NCBI GenBank assembly: GCA_035285085.1
Contig: JAYKHV010000135.1
Span: forward strand, 524-24,523
DNA: 24,000 nt
From: Lyngbya sp.
GTDB taxonomy: Bacteria > Cyanobacteriota > Cyanobacteriia > Cyanobacteriales > Microcoleaceae
Direction: 5' to 3'
Each line of letters starts with the position of its first letter. The first letter of the stretch is position 1. This document shows, one piece after another, positions 16,572 through 23,464 of this stretch. The position numbers and the translations under genes are program-made. The notes under the pieces were generated by a model. That model worked only from the letters and a program-made list of their open reading frames with translations. It was not told where the DNA came from and ran no database searches.

Positions 16572-17204
16572 ATGAATCTTGACTTAACGGCTATTCGACT
16601 GGGTAAACTCAAAGAACTCACTAATGCCTACCTTGCTGGTGCAGACTTATCGGGTGCTGACTTAAGGGATGCCGACTTATCTCAAGCCAATTTAATGGGT
16701 GCGAGTTTAACCGGTGCCAATTTACAAGGGGCAAATCTACGTGCTAATTTACGGGGCGCCAACTTAACGGGTGCCAATTTACAAGGGGCGGACTTGCGAA
16801 ATGCTGACTTGCGGGGTGCAATTTTGGTCGATGCGGATGTCTCGGAAGCCAGTTTTGCCGGGGCATTTCTAACAGGGGCTAGTTGTGGACCGTTGGATTT
16901 AACTGGGGTTGATTTGCGAGGGGCGGATTTACGGGGGGTTAGTCTATCTCAAGCTATTTTACAACACGCTGACTTGAGAAATACCAACCTTTCAGGAGCA
17001 GATTTATCTCAAGCGGACTTAGAAGAAGCCAACCTCAGCGGCGCTGTTTTACGCGGAACCAACCTACAACGGGCGAATTTACTCTGTGCCATTGTCGAAC
17101 AAACTCAATTCTTGGGAACCGTTTTGGATGGGGCTTGTTTGGAAGGAACACCCATAACCGAGAATATTAATGAATTTGAGGATAACAAGCAAATTCTATT
17201 GTAA
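16572..17204 (+). CDS. Pentapeptide-repeat protein (about 210 aa)
   Basis: MNLDLTAIRLGKLKELTNAYLAGADLSGADLRDADLSQANLMGASLTGANLQGANL... is a continuous A(D/N)LxG pentapeptide array. The ATG at 16572 is the first Met after the TnpB element's right end (16550). An in-frame ATG at 16536 lies inside the element. Confidence 0.8.
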   Translation: MNLDLTAIRLGKLKELTNAYLAGADLSGADLRDADLSQANLMGASLTGANLQGANLRANLRGANLTGANLQGADLRNADLRGAILVDADVSEASFAGAFLTGASCGPLDLTGVDLRGADLRGVSLSQAILQHADLRNTNLSGADLSQADLEEANLSGAVLRGTNLQRANLLCAIVEQTQFLGTVLDGACLEGTPITENINEFEDNKQILL

Positions 17205-17243
17205 ATCTTGTGTAAATCTTGCCATTTTTATGGAAATAGTCTC

Positions 17244-18218
17244 TTAAACAAAGTCTTCTGTGTCAATCTGATTACTTGCTAGAACGGGGATGGCGGGGTC
17301 ATCCCCAATATTCGCATTCAGTACCGCCAGAAGTTGACCCGTCTGAACCAGTCGAATTCCAATGTCTGTGGGAGCGTTTATCCAACCTAGATCTGGAATC
17401 TGGTTGAGAATATCGGCATTTACTCCGAGTTCAGCGATCGCCAGATCATCAAACGAGATACCCTCCGGCAGCTTGAATTTATCAATGCCATCCTCAAAAT
17501 CGGAGATCAGATCAAAGGAGATATCAGACTGAACCTCCAACACGAATTCATCGGGCGTATCATCCCCTGGGAACGACGGGGCACCCCCTTCTGGTGGGAT
17601 TCCAAAATCCCCTCCAATTAGAACGTCAAACCCGTTTCCTCCGGTCAATATATCTACCCCGGCTCCAGCTTGCATATTGTCGTTTCCTCGATCTCCCCAA
17701 ATCGAATCATTTCCAGCCCCAGCAGTCAGATTATCGTCACCTTGGCCCCCATAAAGTAAATTTACTTCCAGTGGGAGACTCTGATCTCGAATAAAATCAT
17801 CTCCTTCCCCACCAAAAATAGTGTCATTTCCGACTTGACCCTCGATAGAATCTCCAGCACTCTGGCCAAACAGTAAATCATTTCCATCTCCGCCCCTTAA
17901 TGCTTCGATGCCCACTCCACCGTAGACAGTATCATCACCAAAACCTCCGGTGAAATTATCATCTCCTGAACCTCCATAAAATAGGGTTGTACCCAAACCA
18001 AATCCAGTAAATTCGTCACTGTCTTCTAAGCCAAATACAATTTTTGAGCCTTCGTCAAAGCTAAAAACAGTATCAATTGAAGCTGTTCCAATAAAGACAC
18101 CAGAGCCACGAAGTTCAACAGAACGACCCACTCCTTGAACCCCATCAGGAGGAAATAACGACAATGTTCCATCGGGATTTTGAATCTCTCCGTTTGGCAA
18201 TGAAATGATTGTAAGCAT
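17244..18218 (-). CDS. RTX (hemolysin-type) calcium-binding repeat protein, 324 aa
   Basis: There are more than 10 GGxGxDxx nonapeptides (YGGSGDDNFTGGFGDDTVYGG...GGDGNDLLFG...GGEGDDFI...GGQGDDNLTAGAGNDSIWGDRGNDNM). The C-terminal non-repeat tail is typical of T1SS substrates. Confidence 0.85.
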   Translation of the reverse strand: MLTIISLPNGEIQNPDGTLSLFPPDGVQGVGRSVELRGSGVFIGTASIDTVFSFDEGSKIVFGLEDSDEFTGFGLGTTLFYGGSGDDNFTGGFGDDTVYGGVGIEALRGGDGNDLLFGQSAGDSIEGQVGNDTIFGGEGDDFIRDQSLPLEVNLLYGGQGDDNLTAGAGNDSIWGDRGNDNMQAGAGVDILTGGNGFDVLIGGDFGIPPEGGAPSFPGDDTPDEFVLEVQSDISFDLISDFEDGIDKFKLPEGISFDDLAIAELGVNADILNQIPDLGWINAPTDIGIRLVQTGQLLAVLNANIGDDPAIPVLASNQIDTEDFV

Positions 18219-18427
18219 TTATGTTATCTATTAGATTATTAGAGTTCAAAAGATCTCTGGTATATTTTACAATCTTTATTTTAAGTTTAATAGAAAGTTA
18301 ATTAAATACGATACTTTTTAAAAATTTTTTATCTAAAAAATTTTTATCTTTCGTTTATAAAACCTCTGATACAATTCAAGTAACGGAAAGAAAAATCCGC
18401 GAAAACCTTCAAATTAGGATCAATATA
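18219..18427. promoter_or_regulatory. Very AT-rich divergent intergenic region between the two RTX genes, with a tandem A-tract/T-tract motif
   Basis: A5T6ATCT (18320-18334) is directly followed by A6T5ATCT (18335-18349). The 209-bp region is far more AT-rich than its flanks. Confidence 0.4.
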
Positions 18428-19450
18428 ATGGCTACACCTTTATTTGGAACTAATAATAGTGAAAATATCCAAGGATCGGCAGGGGATGATACCATCTACG
18501 GATTGGGAGGTAACGACAGTATAAATGGCGCAGGAGGTCGTGATTTAATATTTGGAAATGGGCAAAACGACTTATTGTTCGGATCTTCTGACCGAGATAC
18601 TATGTTTGGTGGGCAAGGAAATGACAACGTAGAAGGGTCAAGTGGTCGTGACGACTTGTATGGTGATAGTGACAACGACACCTTGAATGGAGGTAGTGAC
18701 ACAGACACTTTCACGGGTGGAAGTGGCAGTGATTTATTTATACTTAGCACAACGGAGTTTGTTAACTACACCCGAGATTTCAACAGTAGCGAAGGTGATA
18801 ATGTATTTCTGACCAATAGCCCTTTTGCACTTGTGGTTCCAGAATCTGATGTGATAGGCATTGAATCGGTATCTGAATCTAGCTCGTCTGAAACCCCCTA
18901 CGCAATAGAATTAATCCGTCAGGGCGATCACCTGTTCTTAACTTCTTCATGGACTGAGGATTACGGCATACTTCGTGGAGCCGGAGAAGAGATTGAAAAT
19001 ATTCCTCAGTTGCTTTCCTCTGTCAATTTTAATGAAGTTCCGTTAATTGATCTGGCTCCGCCTGCGGATGAAGTAATCGAAGAAGATCCTTTAACAGGAT
19101 TATCTGAATCTCGTTTTTTTCTAGAGCAAGAAATTCGTCGTACTGCACAACAAGAGGCTAATGGAACCTTAGATGAAAATGCACCTACCGTAGAAGATTT
19201 AGAAAGTGCCCTTGTTGAAGTCAATGAACGCATTGCAGACTTTGAGAGTGGTGAATTCGACTTGTTGAAGCCTCTCCAACCTGATTTCTCTCTCCCAAGC
19301 GAACGAGTTATTATTCTAGAAATAACAGATGTAGCTGTACTGAACAACACCTCTGCAACAGTTAACCTCACCGAAGATATGGGTACAATCGAAACCGAGG
19401 TGTTCACCGTACCCGATGGATACTTCCAATTCCAAAATAACGTAATGTGA
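18428..19450 (+). CDS. RTX calcium-binding repeat protein (N-terminal repeats, unassigned acidic C-terminal two-thirds), 340 aa
   Basis: GSAGDDTIYGLGGNDSINGAGGRDLIFGNGQNDLLFGSSDRDTMFGGQGNDNVEGSSGRDDLYGDSDNDTLNGGSDTDTFTGGSGSDLF is followed by a non-repeat region. Confidence 0.85.
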   Translation: MATPLFGTNNSENIQGSAGDDTIYGLGGNDSINGAGGRDLIFGNGQNDLLFGSSDRDTMFGGQGNDNVEGSSGRDDLYGDSDNDTLNGGSDTDTFTGGSGSDLFILSTTEFVNYTRDFNSSEGDNVFLTNSPFALVVPESDVIGIESVSESSSSETPYAIELIRQGDHLFLTSSWTEDYGILRGAGEEIENIPQLLSSVNFNEVPLIDLAPPADEVIEEDPLTGLSESRFFLEQEIRRTAQQEANGTLDENAPTVEDLESALVEVNERIADFESGEFDLLKPLQPDFSLPSERVIILEITDVAVLNNTSATVNLTEDMGTIETEVFTVPDGYFQFQNNVM

Positions 19451-19590
19451 CATACTCGACACAAGCTAAAGACAGAACAATATTAAGTTTTGATATACAA
19501 GCGACTCTAAAGGAAGATGAAGTAATTGCTTGGCAACTAGAAGCATTGTTGAGTCTAGCAATCACACCTCAAGAAAATTATTATCGTCTG

Positions 19591-19707
19591 GCTAGGAACA
19601 GTTTTAGATGGGGCTTGTTTAGAAGGAACACCCCTAGCCCTCAAACAGAATTAGGGGTGTTTTTAATTGTTATTGAACTGGGTGATAACAAGCAAACTCT
19701 ATTTTGA
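19591..19707 (+). repeat. Relic copy of the 3' end of the pentapeptide-repeat gene (a direct repeat of 17111-17204)
   Basis: 19601-19633 matches 17121-17153 at 31/33. 19684-19707 matches 17181-17204 at 21/24, including the stop position. The relic carries about 23 extra nt that form the terminator hairpin. Confidence 0.7.
19629..19664 (+). terminator. Intrinsic terminator, probably for the 18428-19450 transcript
   Basis: CACCCCTA (19629-19636) pairs perfectly with TAGGGGTG (19652-19659) around a 15-nt loop. It is followed by TTTTT (19660-19664). Confidence 0.65.
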
Positions 19708-19759
19708 CGAACAAGTTTGGATTCAAGCGAACAACACAAATCGATTAATTGCAGAAGAA

Positions 19760-19921
19760 TTAGTTTCGTTCCTCAACCCAACCTACAAATTTCTCTGAGC
19801 GGGCTTTGTTGGGTTTCGTTCCTCAACCCAACCTACAAATTTCTCTGAGCGGACTTTGTTGGGTTTCGTTCCTCAACCCAACCTACAAATTTATTTGTTG
19901 GGTTTCGTTACTTAACCCAAC
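19760..19921 (+). repeat. Hairpin-repeat array 1: three full GTTGGGTT-N9-AACCCAAC hairpins plus one half unit, with 50/50/39-nt periods
   Basis: The hairpins lie at 19808-19832, 19858-19882 and 19897-19921. The unit is TTTGTTGGGTTTCGTTCCTCAACCCAACCTACAAATTTCTCTGAGCGG(G/A)C. A half unit lacking the left arm lies at 19761-19804. Confidence 0.85.
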
Positions 19922-20155
19922 TAGAAGTATAGATAACTAACAACGACTCAACCGTAAATTCTCGGAGTTGCTGAAAACTTTTGATACAACCCAATTTATC
20001 GAAATTCCGTACAATCACTAATTGTATGTTTGGTTGGGATGATTGATAATAGTAACGACGGATAAAAAAGGGAATCCTAATCAAATTAAATTGTTTTTTT
20101 GAAAAGGATTTTGAATGGGTAATGGTAATGGGTTGAGTTCTAGAGGTTAACAAAC
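19922..20155 (+). other. Conserved leader A of the duplicated cassette (non-coding; possible promoter plus 5' UTR)
   Basis: It is about 97% identical to 21652-21879, with 7 substituted bases at 5 sites and one 6-nt GGTAAT indel. A possible promoter is TTGTAT (20022-20027), 17 nt, GATAAT (20045-20050). GAGG lies 10 nt before the ATG. Confidence 0.5.
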
Positions 20156-21493
20156 ATGGTTATTCCAGGATGGACGGTTGTTCGAGAAATTCCCCCAGAA
20201 GTTATGATGGGTATAATAACTGGAAAATACAAGGTTTGGGGCGGTGTAATTCGTTGGGCTGCGGGAACAGAACACGCAGGTCAAATTGTTCGACATTTAG
20301 TAGCATCTCCACTCAATCCCCTCAGTGGTGCTGTTTCAGGGCTTAATTTAATTTCTGGAATTATTGCCAATGTTCAACTTGAACAAGTCAAAGCAGCAAC
20401 TCGACAAATTCAAGAAATTGCCCAATTTAACACCTATCAATTATTTCAGTTGTCGGGTCAGGTTAATTCACTTTCACAGATGACTCAACAAGTTCTTCAA
20501 ATCGCAACCGGTACGGCAATTTTATCGGGTTTGAATTTGGCAGTCAGTTGCGTTGGTTTTGCTGTTATTAATAATCGGTTAAACGCCATCGATAATAGGC
20601 TGCAAGAAATCCAAAAAGACGTTAAGGAAATCAAATCTTTTCTAGAAACTTCCGAACGCGCACAGCTTTTTTATGCTCTCAAACAACTGTTAAAAGTAGA
20701 TGATAATATTCCGGTTGAACATCGCCATACAATTCTGCACGATTCCCGCAAAAAACTGGGTGAGATCAATATGCGCTATCAGGAGCTTTTATCCCAGTCT
20801 AATACAATTGAGATAGCGATGGCTAATGAGGAATATTTTTCGCTAACAGCATTAGCCCATGCAAGATGTACGGCTGAATTGGGGATGCTAGATTCAGCCT
20901 ATGAAGAAATACTAGAAATGAATATATTTTGGCAAGCCCAAGCCCGACGAATTGCCAAAGAAGTTTTAATTGGAGAGTATCCCCAACGTTTTATAGCAAC
21001 TGATTTTGTTGATGATGTTCCAACAAGAGAGCTAATTCAATGGTTTGATTTTGCCTTTAAAGAAGAAAAAGGGTTGATATGGATTGACGATTTAAGGCGT
21101 AAAATTAAAGAGCCTTGGTATGAAAAAAGTTGGTTTACTGGTAGTGATGAAACCAAGTCTAAAACAGAACAAAATTTCGATTTCTTTGGAAGTGTTGGTA
21201 ATATGTTTGGAGGAATGACCGAGCAAATCAAAGAAAACTTGGAAAGCGGTAAAGGTCTTAATAAAAATATTGGTGTTGGTTTGGAAAAAGAGAAAACCCT
21301 GGTCATTCCAGCCCTGCGAAAATTAATGGCTAGGAGCGAAGTTTTTGAAGGTTACGTCTCCCAATACGAACTGTTAAAACATTATCAAATGAAACCCTCT
21401 GAATTTGAAAAAGGAGTCGCAGCATTACCCGAATCCTCTGCTGTTAACGGATATTTTATCCTTGAACCCGCCTTTGAATTGACGGGTTTTTGA
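20156..21493 (+). CDS. Uncharacterised protein, paralogue A (445 aa): conserved N-terminal motif, Gly-rich hydrophobic/TM-like segments, coiled coil and a helical C-terminal domain
   Basis: ATG-initiated ORF with an RBS-like GAGG. It contains MVIPGWTVVREIPPEV...GGVIRWAAGTEHAGQIVRHLV and SGLNLISGIIANVQL. It also contains TGTAILSGLNLAVSCVGFAVI and NRLNAIDNRLQEIQKDVKEIKSFLE. I recognise no family. Confidence 0.8.
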   Translation: MVIPGWTVVREIPPEVMMGIITGKYKVWGGVIRWAAGTEHAGQIVRHLVASPLNPLSGAVSGLNLISGIIANVQLEQVKAATRQIQEIAQFNTYQLFQLSGQVNSLSQMTQQVLQIATGTAILSGLNLAVSCVGFAVINNRLNAIDNRLQEIQKDVKEIKSFLETSERAQLFYALKQLLKVDDNIPVEHRHTILHDSRKKLGEINMRYQELLSQSNTIEIAMANEEYFSLTALAHARCTAELGMLDSAYEEILEMNIFWQAQARRIAKEVLIGEYPQRFIATDFVDDVPTRELIQWFDFAFKEEKGLIWIDDLRRKIKEPWYEKSWFTGSDETKSKTEQNFDFFGSVGNMFGGMTEQIKENLESGKGLNKNIGVGLEKEKTLVIPALRKLMARSEVFEGYVSQYELLKHYQMKPSEFEKGVAALPESSAVNGYFILEPAFELTGF

Positions 21494-21651
21494 TCGGGCT
21501 TTGTTGGGTTTTCTCAAGCCAACCTACAAATTTATTTGTTGGGTTTCGTTGCTTAACCCAACCTACAAATAAATTTGTTGGGTTTCGTTCCTCAACCCAA
21601 CCTACAATATTACTCAACTGATTGTTGGGTTAAGCGATAACGCAACCCAAC
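21494..21651 (+). repeat. Hairpin-repeat array 2: four hairpins of the same family, between the paralogues
   Basis: The hairpins are 21503-21523 (one stem mismatch), 21538-21562, 21577-21601 and 21624-21651. The stems GTTGGGTT/AACCCAAC are conserved. The loops differ: TTCTCA.., TCGTTGCTT, TCGTTCCTC and AAGCGATAACGC. Confidence 0.85.
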
Positions 21652-21879
21652 TAGAAGTATAGATAACTGACAACGACTCAACCGTAAATTCTCGGAGTTG
21701 CTGAAAACTTTTGATACAACCCAATTGCTCGAAATTCCGTACAATCACTAATTGTATGTTTGATTGGGATGATTGATAATGGTAACGACGGATAAAAAAG
21801 GGAATCCTAATCAAATTAAATTGTTTTTTTGAAAAGGATTTTCGATGGGTAATGGGTTGAGTTCTAGAGGTTAACAAAC
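21652..21879 (+). other. Conserved leader B of the duplicated cassette
   Basis: Counterpart of 19922-20155. The same TTGTAT (21752-21757) / GATAAT (21775-21780) pair and the same RBS region are present. Confidence 0.5.
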
Positions 21880-23244
21880 ATGGTTATTCCAGGATGGACG
21901 GTTGTTCGAGCAATTCCCCCAGAAGTTATTATGGGTATAATAACTGGAAAATACAAGGATTATGGCGGTGTAATTCGTTGGGCTGCGGGAACAGAAAATG
22001 CAGGTCAAATTGTTCGACATTTAGTAACATCTCCACTCAATCCCCTCAGTGGCGCTGTTTCAGGGCTGAATTTAATTTCTGGAATTGTTGGTAATGCTCA
22101 ACTATTTGGGTTGTCGGGTCAGGTTAATTCAGTTTCACAGATGACTCAACAACTTCTTAAGATGACAACAGGTACAGCGTTTGTTTCAGGGCTTAATTTA
22201 ATTTCTGGAATTGTTGGCAATGTTCAACTTGAACAAGTTAAAGGAGAAACTCGACAAATTAAAGAAATTGCTCAATTGAACACCGATCAATTATTTGAGT
22301 TGTCGGGTCAGGTTAATTCACTTTCACAGATGACTCAACAACTTCTTCAAATCGCAACAGGTACAACAATTTTATCGGGTTTGAATTTAACGGTTAGTTG
22401 TGTTAGTTTTGCTGTTATTAATAACCGACTAAACGCCATCGATAATAAGCTGCAAGAAATCCAAAAAGACGTTAAGGAAATAAAATCTTTTCTAGAAACT
22501 ACCGAACGCGCACAGCTTTTTTATGCTCTCAAACAACTGTTAAAAGTAGATGATAATATTCCGGTTGAACATCGCCATACAATTCTGCACGATTCCCGCA
22601 AAAAACTGGGCGAGATTAATATGCGCTATCAGGAGCTTTTATCCCACTCTAATACAATTGAGATAGCGATGGCTAATGAGGAATATTTTTCGCTAACAGC
22701 ATTAGCCCATGCAAGATGTACGGCTGAATTAGGAATGCTTGAAATTGCTTTACAAGAAATAAAGGAAATGAACTTATTTTGGCAAACTCAAGCCCGACGA
22801 ATTGCCAAAGAACTTCTGATTGGAGAGTATCCCCAACGTTTTATAGCAACTGATTTTGTTGATGATGTTTTAGTTTTAGAGCTAACAAAATGGTTGGATT
22901 TTGCATATAAAGATGAGAAAGGGCTGTTTTGGATTGAGGAATTGAGACGCAATCATATTAACGAATTTTGGTATTCTAAAGGTCTTTTGAGAAAAGGTAA
23001 ATCTGGTCTTAATCAAAATGTTGGTGTTGGTTTGGAAAAAGAGAAAACTCTAGTCATTCCAGCCCTGCGAAAATTAATGGCTAGGAGCGAAGTTTTTGAA
23101 GGTTACGTCTCCCAATACGAACTGTTAAAACATTATCAAATGAAACCCTCTGAATTTGAAAAAGGAGTCGCGGCATTACCTGAATCCTCTGCTGTTGGCG
23201 GATATTTTATCCTTGAACCCGCCTTTGAATTGACGAGTTTCTAA
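21880..23244 (+). CDS. Uncharacterised protein, paralogue B (454 aa), with a 42-aa internal module duplication and a divergent, shorter variable region
   Basis: Its N- and C-termini are almost identical to paralogue A. An extra 126-nt repeat unit is present (22061 vs 22187). The variable segment is about 22870-23030. Confidence 0.8.
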   Translation: MVIPGWTVVRAIPPEVIMGIITGKYKDYGGVIRWAAGTENAGQIVRHLVTSPLNPLSGAVSGLNLISGIVGNAQLFGLSGQVNSVSQMTQQLLKMTTGTAFVSGLNLISGIVGNVQLEQVKGETRQIKEIAQLNTDQLFELSGQVNSLSQMTQQLLQIATGTTILSGLNLTVSCVSFAVINNRLNAIDNKLQEIQKDVKEIKSFLETTERAQLFYALKQLLKVDDNIPVEHRHTILHDSRKKLGEINMRYQELLSHSNTIEIAMANEEYFSLTALAHARCTAELGMLEIALQEIKEMNLFWQTQARRIAKELLIGEYPQRFIATDFVDDVLVLELTKWLDFAYKDEKGLFWIEELRRNHINEFWYSKGLLRKGKSGLNQNVGVGLEKEKTLVIPALRKLMARSEVFEGYVSQYELLKHYQMKPSEFEKGVAALPESSAVGGYFILEPAFELTSF

Positions 23245-23385
23245 GTTGGGTTGTGTTTGAAAATATTACTCCCTTATTCTTGTAGGAAAGGATCGGGCGG
23301 AGAAGTTCCGAACAACTTGGGTTAGATGATGCGTCAAATCTTAAAAGTTCTTGATGAGATAGTTAACTTAACGATTTGACGCCTC

Positions 23386-23420
23386 CTACAAATTTATACA
23401 AATTTCTCTACAAATTTCTC
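23386..23420 (+). repeat. Remnant of the hairpin-repeat family (three CTACAAATTT-type tails without stems)
   Basis: The sequence is CCTACAAATTTATACAAATTTCTCTACAAATTTCTC. A lone left arm GTTGGGTT lies at 23245-23252, directly after the paralogue B stop. Confidence 0.6.
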
Positions 23421-23442
23421 CCCTTTCCTCGCAGGAGAGGGG
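23420..23442. terminator. GC-rich hairpin between convergent genes (paralogue B and ggt). Terminator function is uncertain.
   Basis: CCCCTTTCCT (23420-23429) pairs with AGGAGAGGGG (23433-23442) in a 10-bp stem with one G:U pair and a 3-nt loop. There is no clean T-run on the minus strand. TTTTT at 23455-23459 on the plus strand is 12 nt away. Confidence 0.35.
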
Positions 23443-23464
23443 TTGGGAGAGAGGTTTTTAACCC

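Noticed and set aside
15348-17204. The 618-aa TnpB::pentapeptide ORF taken at face value as a natural fusion protein
   Set aside because: The linker is the omega-RNA/right-end sequence. An alternative frame restores a typical TnpB C-terminus with a stop at 16503. The pentapeptide gene has its own ATG 21 nt after the element end. It is reported as a finding, but it is most likely a frameshift or read-through.
18496-19464. Antisense ORFs 18496-18750 and 19006-19464 within the RTX gene
   Set aside because: These are repeat-DNA artefacts (S/P/K-rich translations) inside a well-supported plus-strand CDS.
19447-19707. 86-aa ORF downstream of the RTX gene
   Set aside because: It has a GTG start overlapping the upstream stop and runs through a strong intrinsic terminator (19629-19664). 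Its last third is an out-of-frame relic of the pentapeptide gene's 3' end.
19760-19921. Possible CRISPR array (regularly spaced palindromic repeats)
   Set aside because: The inter-hairpin segments are themselves identical repeats (CTACAAATTTCTCTGAGCGG.CTTT), not unique spacers. The periods are irregular (50/50/39 nt), there are only 3-4 units, and no cas genes or leader are present.
19908-20153. 81-aa antisense ORF in leader A (and its 87-aa twin at 21614-21877), conserved between the two cassette copies
   Set aside because: It has a TTG start, no RBS and a low-complexity basic sequence. Every nucleotide difference between the two copies changes the amino acid (L/S, DK/EQ, P/S, Y/H, S/R, plus an IT indel), so there is no sign of purifying selection on this frame. 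The conservation simply reflects the recent duplication.
21614-21877. 87-aa antisense ORF in leader B
   Set aside because: Same reasoning as for 19908-20153. It also extends into the hairpin array.
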